Origin: Minisyncoccota bacterium
GTDB lineage: Bacteria > Patescibacteriota > Minisyncoccia > Phycocordibacterales > UBA918
Assembly: GCA_041389005.1 (NCBI GenBank)
Contig: JAWKSR010000005.1
Span: 1 to 59,376 of the forward strand
Direction: 5' to 3'
DNA length: 59,376 nt
Position numbers and translations under genes: made by a program. Within the stretch, counting starts at the first letter, position 1; each line of letters begins with the position of its first letter. The notes beneath the pieces were generated by a model. The model made no database searches. It worked only from the letters and a program-made list of their open reading frames with translations, and was not told the origin of the DNA. Below, piece by piece: positions 49,010 to 59,017 of the stretch.

Positions 49010-49909
49010 ATGGAACAAGACACACAACCAATGAATCAGCCGGAGGTAGTCCGCTCAGCGGCAGCCGCAGGATTGCCTGCAGTGGGCGCTATGCTTAAAG
49101 ACGCTATCTCATTTATGTGGCGACGATATGATCTGGGGCTTTGGTATGTCCTCGTGAGTATACTGGTGGCGATACCAATGTTATTGGGAGTCCTGGTCTG
49201 GGGATTTTTGGCAGCGTTTGGTACCGTTGGCACGGTTTTCGGAGGAGTGGTTATGGCGGTTTTAGTTATTTTCACTATAGCGCTCGCCATTATGAACGCT
49301 GGGGCGGTATTGTATAGTGCCACTGCATCTGAACCAGATACCTATAAAGCTGGGTGGCGCTGGGCACGTTCGCATATCTGGGCGTTGCTGTGGATTCAGA
49401 TGTTAACTGGACTGGTCATGATGGGCGGGTTTGTGTTATTAATCATACCGGGATTTATTGTGGCAGGTTACCTCATGCTTTCTCAAGTTGTCTTGGCGCG
49501 TGAAGGTTTGCGTGGAATGGCAGCAATGAATCGTAGTTGGCAATTGGTAAAAGGACGTTGGTGGGGCGTACTCGGACGGGTTGCAGCGATTGTATTGGTC
49601 ATCATACTTATCAGTGCGGTAGTAGAAGTAGTCGCGCTTGGTAACGAGGCAGCTGCAGGTATCCTCTCATTCATAATCAGCGGTTTTACCACTATAGCTA
49701 TGATGCGTGCGATAGGTCTTATTTATCAGGGGTGTGTGACTACCGAACCAGCCTACGCACCCGCGTCTACGACCCTTTATAAAATACTGGGATTGGTCGG
49801 TGTCGTTGCTATCGTAGTATCGATGATCGGAGTAAGTGTGGCTGCACTAACAGCTTTAGACAATCTTCCGGAGCAAGCTTTCGAGGAGGGATTGGAAATT
49901 GGAATTTAA
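49010..49909 (+). CDS. hypothetical polytopic membrane protein
   Basis: About 6 TM helices. ATG at 49010 (MEQDTQP...) preferred. Confidence 0.5.
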   Translation: MEQDTQPMNQPEVVRSAAAAGLPAVGAMLKDAISFMWRRYDLGLWYVLVSILVAIPMLLGVLVWGFLAAFGTVGTVFGGVVMAVLVIFTIALAIMNAGAVLYSATASEPDTYKAGWRWARSHIWALLWIQMLTGLVMMGGFVLLIIPGFIVAGYLMLSQVVLAREGLRGMAAMNRSWQLVKGRWWGVLGRVAAIVLVIILISAVVEVVALGNEAAAGILSFIISGFTTIAMMRAIGLIYQGCVTTEPAYAPASTTLYKILGLVGVVAIVVSMIGVSVAALTALDNLPEQAFEEGLEIGI

Positions 49910-49944
49910 ACCAAAAGACAAGCGGTTTTTACGTAGTTAGGAGG

Positions 49945-49972
49945 CTTGCGGTTTTTTTCTTTATCTGTATAA
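49945..49972 (+). promoter_or_regulatory. candidate 16S rRNA promoter
   Basis: TTGCGG (49945-50), a 16-nt spacer, then TATAAT (49967-72), followed by AGCGCCTAC. Confidence 0.5.
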
Positions 49973-50422
49973 TAGCGCCTACTTGTTCAACTCAGGTGCT
50001 GGCAAGACGAAACGCTTTTTAGAAGCGTGCTCGTGTGGGGGGGTAAGTTCCTCGCCTGTACCGGGAGAAGTGGACAGGGATGTTTGATAATTGAATAACC
50101 TGAATCAACATTTACCTTATTATGTTGGTTCAGTACGTATAGTTAAATGAACATTGTTCATTTGACGGTACGCATCAGCAAGACGAAAGATTGGATCGTC
50201 TAGCAATTTCTTCTAGGAATGGAAGAAATTGAGACGTCAATTCAGTATAGAAGCTTTGCTTCTTACTTCATTGAACTTTCTTTTGTCTTATCCTTTAGGA
50301 GGTGGCAGGAAATCCCTCGCAATTACATTGAGTACAGCGAGACGAAGTACTGACCACCCAGGTAAGTAAAGCATTGCTTTGCATAAACCCAGCCCTATTT
50401 TATAGAGCTGGATGTACCTGTC

Positions 50423-51880
<1,458 letters not shown>

Positions 51881-52060
51881 TGGACACGTCGTTTCAGTTT
51901 GGTAACAAACTGATCCAAACGGCTAATTGGTCGGTATTATATGCCTCAATTGAGCATATAATAAGGGAATGATCTTATACTCTAAAATGTAGTATCAGAC
52001 TGTAGGGAAAGACCTATCGATAAAGGATAAGGCAAAAGAGAGTTTGAATAAACAGATGCA

Positions 52061-52091
52061 CGAAAAAGCTACCCAAGTGGGTAGCTTTTCG
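52061..52091. terminator. bidirectional terminator
   Basis: CGAAAAAGCTACCC-AAGT-GGGTAGCTTTTCG. Confidence 0.7.
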
Positions 52092-52120
52092 TGTATAGTG
52101 CAACGCACATAAAAGACGCT

Positions 52121-52693
52121 TTAAATATTTATAGAATCTCCACTGTTGTCACGAAATGGATCCCAATCAGCCTCCATGTTGTCGTTTGTTTCTCCAGTGA
52201 AGTCAGGATTACCGCTTGAGCCAATTCCATCCCAGCTACCGCCGGTATTATTGTCGGGACGTGGCGTTGGTATGGGGATATTTTCCCCAAAGGGTGAAGT
52301 ATTGTTTTGGGTATCGTTGTAGTTATTTTCAAGTTGAAAATCAAGATTGGCACTGTAGTCACTATTACTCCTTGATCCACCAAACCATCCTTGTCCGCCA
52401 CCAGGAGCGCTATAAAAGTAATCGGGTTCAACTGGATAGTACCCGTCAAGGTCAAAGCCTCTTATGATTACATTGATAATACCCCAAATACTGACTAGAA
52501 ATACAAATCCCGCGACGGCATAGAGAGCTAGCTTTTTGGCTTGTTCTCGGGCGTTTTGGTCGTCAGCATTGAAAATAAAGTACCGAGCAACATTCCATAA
52601 GAAAAACAGTAAAGCAAGAGCAAACAAAAAAGGAATTAAAACACTACCAATGAAGTAATTTGCCGCCGCAATATAGTAGATAACACCTGGCAT
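52121..52693 (-). CDS. hypothetical membrane protein (two TM helices, VirB2/TrbC-pilin-like topology) with a low-complexity G/N/D-rich tail
   Basis: FLFALALLFFLWNVARYF...AKKLALYAVAGFVFLVSIWGIINVI. The family assignment is tentative. Confidence 0.45.
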   Translation of the reverse strand: MPGVIYYIAAANYFIGSVLIPFLFALALLFFLWNVARYFIFNADDQNAREQAKKLALYAVAGFVFLVSIWGIINVIIRGFDLDGYYPVEPDYFYSAPGGGQGWFGGSRSNSDYSANLDFQLENNYNDTQNNTSPFGENIPIPTPRPDNNTGGSWDGIGSSGNPDFTGETNDNMEADWDPFRDNSGDSINI

Positions 52694-52807
52694 ACACCTA
52701 TCATAACGCGACCTCGACAGGGAAGCGAGATATTTCTAAACACTTGACATGTATAGTTTATATTGGATTAAGTAGGAATAATTCATTCAAACACGAGAAA
52801 AGCCACT

Positions 52808-52831
52808 TGTCCGCGCTCTAGGATTAACCTA
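52808..52831 (-). repeat. degenerate copy of the 3' end (T-arm and acceptor) of tRNA-Ile
   Basis: TGTCCGCGCTCTAGGATT is identical to 52983-53000. AACCTA follows after a 2-nt deletion. Confidence 0.8.
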
Positions 52832-52984
52832 TCTCGTTACACGAGCTGTATACCTTTTGACTATTTCTGTTCGTCACCTCCAGAAATATAGCAAAAGCTT
52901 CTAAAACAGTTCCCCAAACTGTTTTAGCCTTTCGAGTGAGAAGCGAAGCTTCGCAAGACTGCTTTAGATATTTTGCGTTTTCTG

Positions 52985-53058
52985 TCCGCGCTCTAGGATT
53001 TGAACCTAGGACCTTTCGAGTATCAGTCGAATGCTCTAGCCAACTGAGCTAAGCGCGG
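52985..53058 (-). tRNA. tRNA-Ile (anticodon GAU)
   Basis: Cloverleaf folded by hand. Acceptor CCGCGCT/AGCGCGG. D arm GCTC-AGTTGGCTA-GAGC. Anticodon arm TTCGA-CTGATAC-TCGAA. T arm CTAGG-TTCAAAT-CCTAG. Discriminator A. CCA is not encoded. Confidence 0.85.
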
Positions 53059-53104
53059 ACACAAAAAACAAAATATCTAAAACAGTGTACAGCTCCTGTA
53101 AGGA

Positions 53105-53206
53105 GTCAGTCGAATGCCCTCAACCAACCCTATCACTTCGTAAACATCAGCGATTTGCTACGCGACCGGAAAAATTGCTATCCGCAATTTTTAGCTCGCG
53201 CGGACA
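53105..53206 (-). pseudogene. decayed 5' portion of a second tRNA-Ile copy with a ~60-nt insertion in the D-loop
   Basis: The minus strand reads TGTCCGCGCGAGCT-[insert with hairpin AAAAATTGC/GCAATTTTT]-TTGGTTGAGGGCATTCGACTGA. This matches the acceptor, D and anticodon 5' strands of the intact gene up to the middle of the anticodon. Confidence 0.6.
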
Positions 53207-53296
53207 GAAAAGGCTAACATGCTCTCTGTAGCAAATACGTGGCGGATACTATAGCAAAAAAATACAAAGATGTAAGGGTATTGCTATACTAGTTAC

Positions 53297-53635
53297 ATGA
53301 CAGAAATAGAGTATAACGATTTTGAAAAAGTGGAACTTCGCGTGGGGACTGTTACAAACGCTGAAACATTTCCGGAGGCTAAGAAACCAGCGTATAAATT
53401 AACCATTCATTTTGGCGAAGAAATTGGCACTAAGAAATCGAGTGCACAAATTACTGACCACTATACACCCGAAATGCTAGTGGGGAAGCAGGTGGTGGCG
53501 GTGGTAAATTTTCCACCCAAGCAAGTCGGACCGTTTATGTCGGAGTGTTTGGTGACTGGTTTTTATGATGATCAGAACAAAGTCGTGCTCATTGCTCCCG
53601 ACCAGCCAGTTCCTAATGGCGCTCGACTTTCGTAG
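53297..53635 (+). CDS. csaA: tRNA-binding (CsaA/EMAP-type OB fold) protein
   Basis: FEKVELRVGTVTNAETFPEAKKPAYKLTIHFGEEIGTKKSSAQIT...LVGKQVVAVVNFPPKQVG. Confidence 0.8.
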   Translation: MTEIEYNDFEKVELRVGTVTNAETFPEAKKPAYKLTIHFGEEIGTKKSSAQITDHYTPEMLVGKQVVAVVNFPPKQVGPFMSECLVTGFYDDQNKVVLIAPDQPVPNGARLS

Positions 53636-53706
53636 CTTGAAGAATTACGTCCGTCACTATAAGCTACTTTGGACTGCCAAAATGTCGGCACTAGTAGAGT
53701 AGATCC

Positions 53707-55044
53707 ATGAATTACAAAGAATATTTCAAAGATAAAAAAATAACCGTCATGGGGCTCGGTTTGCTTGGTCGTGGGGTAGGTGACGCGGCTTTTTTGGCTG
53801 AGTGTGGGGCGCAGGTGATTGTGACCGACCTCAAGTCAAAAGAAGAGCTGGCTGAATCAGTGGCTCGATTAGAACAATACGAAAATATCACCTTTGTGTT
53901 GGGTGAACATCGGGAAGAAGATTTTAAAGGTCGCGATTTTATTCTCGTAGCAGCTGGAGTCCCTCAGGATTCACATTATCTTTCGGTAGCGCGCATGCAG
54001 GGAATTCCCCTTAAACAAAGTGCTGCCTGGTTTGCTGAGCTTTCTAAAGTGCCAGTAGTAGGAGTAACAGGAACGCGTGGTAAAAGTACCGTAACTGCCA
54101 TGATCCATCACACACTTTCGGTGGTGACGGGAGAGAAGGTATTGCTCGGAGGAAATGTACGGGGACTATCTAATTTGCAATTGCTTAAAGAGGTCAAGGA
54201 AGATTCTTTGTGTGTCATGGAGCTTGATAGTTGGCAGTTACAGGGCTGGGGCTGGAATAACATGTCTCCCCAGATTGCTGTTTTTACTAACTTCATGGAG
54301 GATCACCAAAATTACTATCACTCTATGGACAAATACTTCCTCGATAAAGCACAAATATTTCTCCATCAAGAAGATAGCGATGTGCTCGTTACGACCCCTG
54401 AAGTGTTTGAGCGTATCAAGACGTTACCTGGTTCACTCGGACAACAAGTCCTGTTGGTAGACGCTAGTGTTATTCCTGAGGATGCCAATCTTGCTATGCC
54501 TGGTGAGCACAACCGGCTTAATGCTGCGTTGGCATACAAAGCCCTTGAGGCACTGAGTCTTTCTGAAACAGAGATATTTTCGGGGCTAGCGAGTTTCCCG
54601 GGAGTAGAGGGTAGACTGCAGTACGTAGGAGAGGTACATGGTGTAAGGGTGTACAATGACAACAACGCCACCACCCCGCAAGCGACCGTTGAGGGACTTA
54701 AAGCGGTTGGTGGTACAAACAACATGGTTTTGATAATCGGTGGTACTGACAAAGAGTTGGATTTAGGACAACTACCAGCGGCAATACAAAAACATTGCGC
54801 TCACGTGATTCTCTACAGCGGCAGTGGGACAGAAAAATTAAAAGAAGTGTTGCCAAAGAGTGTTTCCTTCGAAGAGCATGACACCTTCACAGCCTGTGTG
54901 GAGGCGGCTCTTGCTACCGCCGTGACTGGTAATACCATCTTATTTAGCCCGGCCTTTGCATCATTTAATAAAGAGTTTAAAAATGAATACGAACGTAATG
55001 ATGCCTTTTTGCAATCTTTAAAACAGTATGGAAACGACAGCTAA
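53707..55044 (+). CDS. murD: UDP-N-acetylmuramoylalanine--D-glutamate ligase
   Basis: KKITVMGLGLLGRG and VVGVTGTRGKSTVTAMI. Mur ligase middle and C-terminal domains. Confidence 0.9.
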   Translation: MNYKEYFKDKKITVMGLGLLGRGVGDAAFLAECGAQVIVTDLKSKEELAESVARLEQYENITFVLGEHREEDFKGRDFILVAAGVPQDSHYLSVARMQGIPLKQSAAWFAELSKVPVVGVTGTRGKSTVTAMIHHTLSVVTGEKVLLGGNVRGLSNLQLLKEVKEDSLCVMELDSWQLQGWGWNNMSPQIAVFTNFMEDHQNYYHSMDKYFLDKAQIFLHQEDSDVLVTTPEVFERIKTLPGSLGQQVLLVDASVIPEDANLAMPGEHNRLNAALAYKALEALSLSETEIFSGLASFPGVEGRLQYVGEVHGVRVYNDNNATTPQATVEGLKAVGGTNNMVLIIGGTDKELDLGQLPAAIQKHCAHVILYSGSGTEKLKEVLPKSVSFEEHDTFTACVEAALATAVTGNTILFSPAFASFNKEFKNEYERNDAFLQSLKQYGNDS

Positions 55045-56311
55045 ACATATTCATTTTATTGGTATTGGGGGAATTGGGATGTCAGCGTTGGCGCGGCATT
55101 ATGTGCATGAGGGATGGCAAGTGAGCGGCTCCGATACTACCAAAAGTCGTGTTACCGAGGCACTTGAAGCTCTTGGAGTATCGGTAGTATATGAACAGAC
55201 TGCTGAGAATCTAACTGAACCGGTTGATTTGGTGGTCTACACCGAGGCAGTGAAAAAAGATAATGCTGAACTTGTAGCCGCTCAAACCGCTGGGATTGAA
55301 ACCATAAATTATTTTGCTGCGTTAGGACGAGTTGCCAATGAGTACTATTTAATTGCAGTGGCAGGCACGCACGGGAAAAGCACCACGACTGCCATGTTAG
55401 TTGATGTGTTAGAAGAGGCGGGGCTTGATCCAACGGCAGTGGTCGGGTCACTACGTAGTAAAACTGGCAGTAACTACCGAGCCGGGAAGAGTAAATACAT
55501 GGTGGTAGAGGCCTGTGAATACAAACGTGACTTCCTGTCTCTTCAGCCTGATGTACTCATTATCACTAATATTGAGCATGAACATGTTGACTACTATAAA
55601 GACCTGACTGACGTGCAGTCTGCCTTTCGCGAACTCGTTGCACAAGTGTCGAAGGAAGGGGTGGTTATCACTGACACTGCGAGTGCGGAAGTAAAACCAG
55701 TGATAGCTGATGTTGCTCCTCAGGTTATTGATTACCGGCAATATCTGGACCTCAGTCTTAGACTCACACAGCCGGGTCTGCATAATCAACTCAATGCGGC
55801 GGCGGCTTCCGCCGCCGCCGCCTACCTTGGCATCGAAAAAACTGAAAGTAGACAAGCGCTTGAAAATTTTGCCGGCATCTGGCGGCGTTTTGAATACAAA
55901 GGAGAGATAAGTGGAGCTCCAGTGTATGATGATTACTCACACCATCCCACTGAGATTAAAGCCGCTATTGCTGGTGCTCGAGAAAGGTATCCCAACAAAA
56001 AACTTACGGTCGTGTACCAGCCGCATACCTATTCGCGCACCGCTGAGTTGTTTGATGGGTTTGTTGATGCGCTAGCATTGGCTGACAAAGTGATTTTAGT
56101 ACCTATCTATGCCGCTCGTGAAGACAATGAAACCGGCGTTTCCAGTCAGCAACTGGTTGATGCACTCACCGCTCGGCAAGTTATGAGCTCATTATTTGAA
56201 ACCCTTGATGCCGCGGTACTCAACGTACAAGAAACTGTTACACAAGATGATGTCGTCATAGTAATGGGAGCTGGTGATGTGACCAAGGTGGCAACTAAAC
56301 TCGTTACGTAA
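55028..56311 (+). CDS. murC: UDP-N-acetylmuramate--L-alanine ligase
   Basis: HIHFIGIGGIGMSALA and IAVAGTHGKSTTTAML. It overlaps murD by 17 nt. Confidence 0.9.
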   Translation: METTAKHIHFIGIGGIGMSALARHYVHEGWQVSGSDTTKSRVTEALEALGVSVVYEQTAENLTEPVDLVVYTEAVKKDNAELVAAQTAGIETINYFAALGRVANEYYLIAVAGTHGKSTTTAMLVDVLEEAGLDPTAVVGSLRSKTGSNYRAGKSKYMVVEACEYKRDFLSLQPDVLIITNIEHEHVDYYKDLTDVQSAFRELVAQVSKEGVVITDTASAEVKPVIADVAPQVIDYRQYLDLSLRLTQPGLHNQLNAAAASAAAAYLGIEKTESRQALENFAGIWRRFEYKGEISGAPVYDDYSHHPTEIKAAIAGARERYPNKKLTVVYQPHTYSRTAELFDGFVDALALADKVILVPIYAAREDNETGVSSQQLVDALTARQVMSSLFETLDAAVLNVQETVTQDDVVIVMGAGDVTKVATKLVT

Positions 56312-56355
56312 GGTGGCTTGCGTAGTGTGAGTGCCGCAAGGCATAATGAATACCT

Positions 56356-57045
56356 ATGAAAGGCACACTCTCAGTAGTAGCAACACCAATTGGTAATTTA
56401 GAAGATATCACGCACCGCGCGGTACGTAAATTGGGTGAGGTTGATTATATTCTGGCTGAAGACACCCGCGTGACCAAGAAACTTCTCAATCACTACCATA
56501 TCAGTACACCGACAAAACGATACGATGCCCACGCGAGTGAGTCGGTGCACGAGCGTGTCATTGCTGACTTACTGGCTGGTAAGAACATAGCCTTGGTGTC
56601 AGATGCTGGTACGCCAGGGGTGAGCGATCCCGGTGTGCGTATCGTGGCGTTGGCTCGCGCAGAAGCAATAGAAATTGAGGCTATTCCCGGTCCGTCTGCG
56701 GTTACAGCGGCGGTGTCTATTGCTGGTCTTTCTGGTAACCAGTTCACGTTTTTAGGGTTTGTACCACAAAAGAAAGGTCGAGAGACCTTTTTTAAGGCAC
56801 TCGCAACGTATGATCACCCGGTCATATTTTTTGAATCTACGCATCGCATCATGAAGACTGCTGAAGCTCTCGTGAAGTCTTATGGCTACAATAGTGACGA
56901 TCAGCGTCATGTAACTATCGCTCGAGAGTTGACTAAATTATATGAAGAAGTTGTTGCTGGTACACCAGAGGAGGTTTTACAGCACTTAAGCCATCACCCT
57001 GATCATCAAAAAGGAGAATTTGTAGTAATTGTATCGGGAAGCTAG
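56356..57045 (+). CDS. rsmI: 16S rRNA (cytidine1402-2'-O)-methyltransferase
   Basis: GTLSVVATPIGNLEDITHRAVRKLGEVDYILAEDTR ... SDAGTPGVSDPG. Confidence 0.9.
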   Translation: MKGTLSVVATPIGNLEDITHRAVRKLGEVDYILAEDTRVTKKLLNHYHISTPTKRYDAHASESVHERVIADLLAGKNIALVSDAGTPGVSDPGVRIVALARAEAIEIEAIPGPSAVTAAVSIAGLSGNQFTFLGFVPQKKGRETFFKALATYDHPVIFFESTHRIMKTAEALVKSYGYNSDDQRHVTIARELTKLYEEVVAGTPEEVLQHLSHHPDHQKGEFVVIVSGS

Positions 57046-57180
57046 AATATAGGGATGAGTCCCGTTAGAAGTAGAACAGTTATGTATAGTTTTAATGGGT
57101 ACATATAAATATGAATAGGTTGAATATTACTACAAGAGATAATTGTACGTTGGTTGTGTACACAACTGACTTCTAACGGG

Positions 57181-58761
57181 ATGAGTAAAGAATCATTAGT
57201 ACTGGTACTCGGTTTGGTCGTTTTTTTCACACCGACACTCGGCATACCAGATGATTGGAAACAGCATATCCTCCTAGGATCGGGCATCTTACTTTTAATT
57301 CTGGGCTTTTTTCTCCGCCGCGCATCATACCTGCGCAAGATAGATAAAGGTAATGGAGAACGGGGCAGTGACTCGTTTGTTGAAAGCCGCGGGGTTACTG
57401 AGGTAAATGAAGACAGTGAGCGTATGATACGGGTTGGTCTCCTAGGGATTGGAGCCACCGCTATGGCAGCGGCAGCACTCGTGAGTGTGCCACACTTTAC
57501 TGCAGTGACATACGATACTGGCAACAGTGCAGTTGCTGAAGAATTTGCCCGGGAGCAGGAGGAGAGTGGTGAGACTCCAGTCTCATCGGTAGAGACGACC
57601 GATGAACGACCAGTAGTACAGCATGTGCCGATGCCAGAACCAGTCAAAGCAATTTACATGTCAGCGTGTGTGGCGGGTACGCCTGGTTTTCGCGATCAAC
57701 TCGTTGAGATTGTAGAGACCACGGAGGTGAATAGTTTGGTCATTGATATTAAAGACTTCTCCGGTTCGATTTCTTTTGATCCGGTTGATGATTCGTGGCA
57801 GTACGCTTGGGAGGCAGCGGAGTGTGGCGCGCGCGATATGAAAGAGTTTCTCGCCACGCTACACGAAAAAGATATCTATGTCATTGCTCGAGTAACTGTT
57901 TTCCAAGATCCACTCTATACAACGCTTCGCCCCGACCTGGCAGTCAAACGTGCTGATGGTGTGAGTGTATGGCATGACTACAAAGGGCTATCATTTATCG
58001 ATGTGGCTGCTCGTGATTACTGGGATCATGTTGTTGCTTTGACAAAAGAAGCCTACAATCTTGGGTTTGATGAGATTAACTACGACTACGTTCGGTATCC
58101 GTCAGACGGTCCGATGTCCGACATTGCGTTTACCCACAGCGCAGGGAGTGAGTATGGATACGACAAGCAGGCTAACCTCGAAGCTTTTTTCCAGTATCTT
58201 GATGAGCACGTTAGCGACCCGACACTGTACACTGAAGTGCGACATGAGAACACTGGTCGCGAGGATGCCGTACCATACACTTCAGCTGATCTCTTTGGCA
58301 TGACCACTACCAATTACGACGATCTGTCTATTGGACAAGTGCAAGAACGGGCGATGCCACACTTTGATTTTATTGCTCCGATGGTGTATCCATCACACTA
58401 CCCTGATAGCTTCTTGGGGCTGGGTGATCCAAATCTCTATCCGTATAAGATTGTTAATTATGCGATGCAAAGTGGAGTAGATAGAGCGAAGTCTGACACG
58501 ACAATTCTCAAAGGTTTCCTGCATGAACCACTCTATACTACTAACGCCAGTGGTACGAAAATTGCTACTGGAGAGTACAGTAAGCCGGTCTATAGTGGTG
58601 ATAATTTCCGGACCTGGATACAAGACTTTGACTACGGTGGTGATTATGACGCTGCAGATGTACGGGCGCAGATTCAAGCTAGCTATGATGCGGGTGTAAA
58701 CTCTTGGATGATCTGGGCGCCAAGTAACCGGTATACTGTCGCTGCTCTGAAAGCGGAGTAG
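57181..58761 (+). CDS. membrane-anchored putative glycoside hydrolase (DUF4015 / GH-like TIM barrel)
   Basis: VKAIYMSACVAG, NSLVIDIKDFSG, ARVTVFQDP and GFDEINYDYVRYPSDG. ATG at 57181 preferred. Confidence 0.7.
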   Translation: MSKESLVLVLGLVVFFTPTLGIPDDWKQHILLGSGILLLILGFFLRRASYLRKIDKGNGERGSDSFVESRGVTEVNEDSERMIRVGLLGIGATAMAAAALVSVPHFTAVTYDTGNSAVAEEFAREQEESGETPVSSVETTDERPVVQHVPMPEPVKAIYMSACVAGTPGFRDQLVEIVETTEVNSLVIDIKDFSGSISFDPVDDSWQYAWEAAECGARDMKEFLATLHEKDIYVIARVTVFQDPLYTTLRPDLAVKRADGVSVWHDYKGLSFIDVAARDYWDHVVALTKEAYNLGFDEINYDYVRYPSDGPMSDIAFTHSAGSEYGYDKQANLEAFFQYLDEHVSDPTLYTEVRHENTGREDAVPYTSADLFGMTTTNYDDLSIGQVQERAMPHFDFIAPMVYPSHYPDSFLGLGDPNLYPYKIVNYAMQSGVDRAKSDTTILKGFLHEPLYTTNASGTKIATGEYSKPVYSGDNFRTWIQDFDYGGDYDAADVRAQIQASYDAGVNSWMIWAPSNRYTVAALKAE

Positions 58762-58811
58762 TTGCACAGCAGCGCGAAAGATGTTTTCCTGTTAAGTGGA
58801 AGGAGAGTATC

Positions 58812-58937
58812 ATGCTCAAACATATAGACATTCGTTGGTTATGGGGTCTTCTGGGTTTTTGCGTCGCAATTGCATTGTTTAATTCAGGATTTGTAGACGC
58901 AAAAGGTCTACTAGAACCGCTGACCTGGTTCAATTGA
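58812..58937 (+). CDS. 41-aa hydrophobic peptide (tentative)
   Basis: AAGGAGAG lies 6 nt upstream of the ATG. MLKHIDIRWLWGLLGFCVAIALFNSGFVDAKGLLEPLTWFN. A hairpin terminator follows. Confidence 0.3.
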   Translation: MLKHIDIRWLWGLLGFCVAIALFNSGFVDAKGLLEPLTWFN

Positions 58938-58956
58938 AGATATCCCCCGATGAAGA

Positions 58957-58985
58957 TAGCCTCCGACCCATCAGGTTGGAGGCTA
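58957..58985 (+). terminator. hairpin terminator
   Basis: TAGCCTCCGACC-CATCA-GGTTGGAGGCTA. Confidence 0.5.
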
Positions 58986-59017
58986 AATGTTTGGTATAAT
59001 TTTTTTAATGAGTTACG

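Noticed and set aside
52808-53206. A functional split or trans-spliced tRNA of the Nanoarchaeum type, assembled from the two tRNA-Ile remnants through their complementary inner edges.
   Set aside because: The 3' remnant lacks the anticodon-loop 3' half, the anticodon-stem 3' strand and the variable region. Its T-loop is shortened. The 5' remnant has a ~60-nt D-loop insertion. An intact tRNA-Ile(GAU) lies between them, so remnants of rearrangement are more likely.
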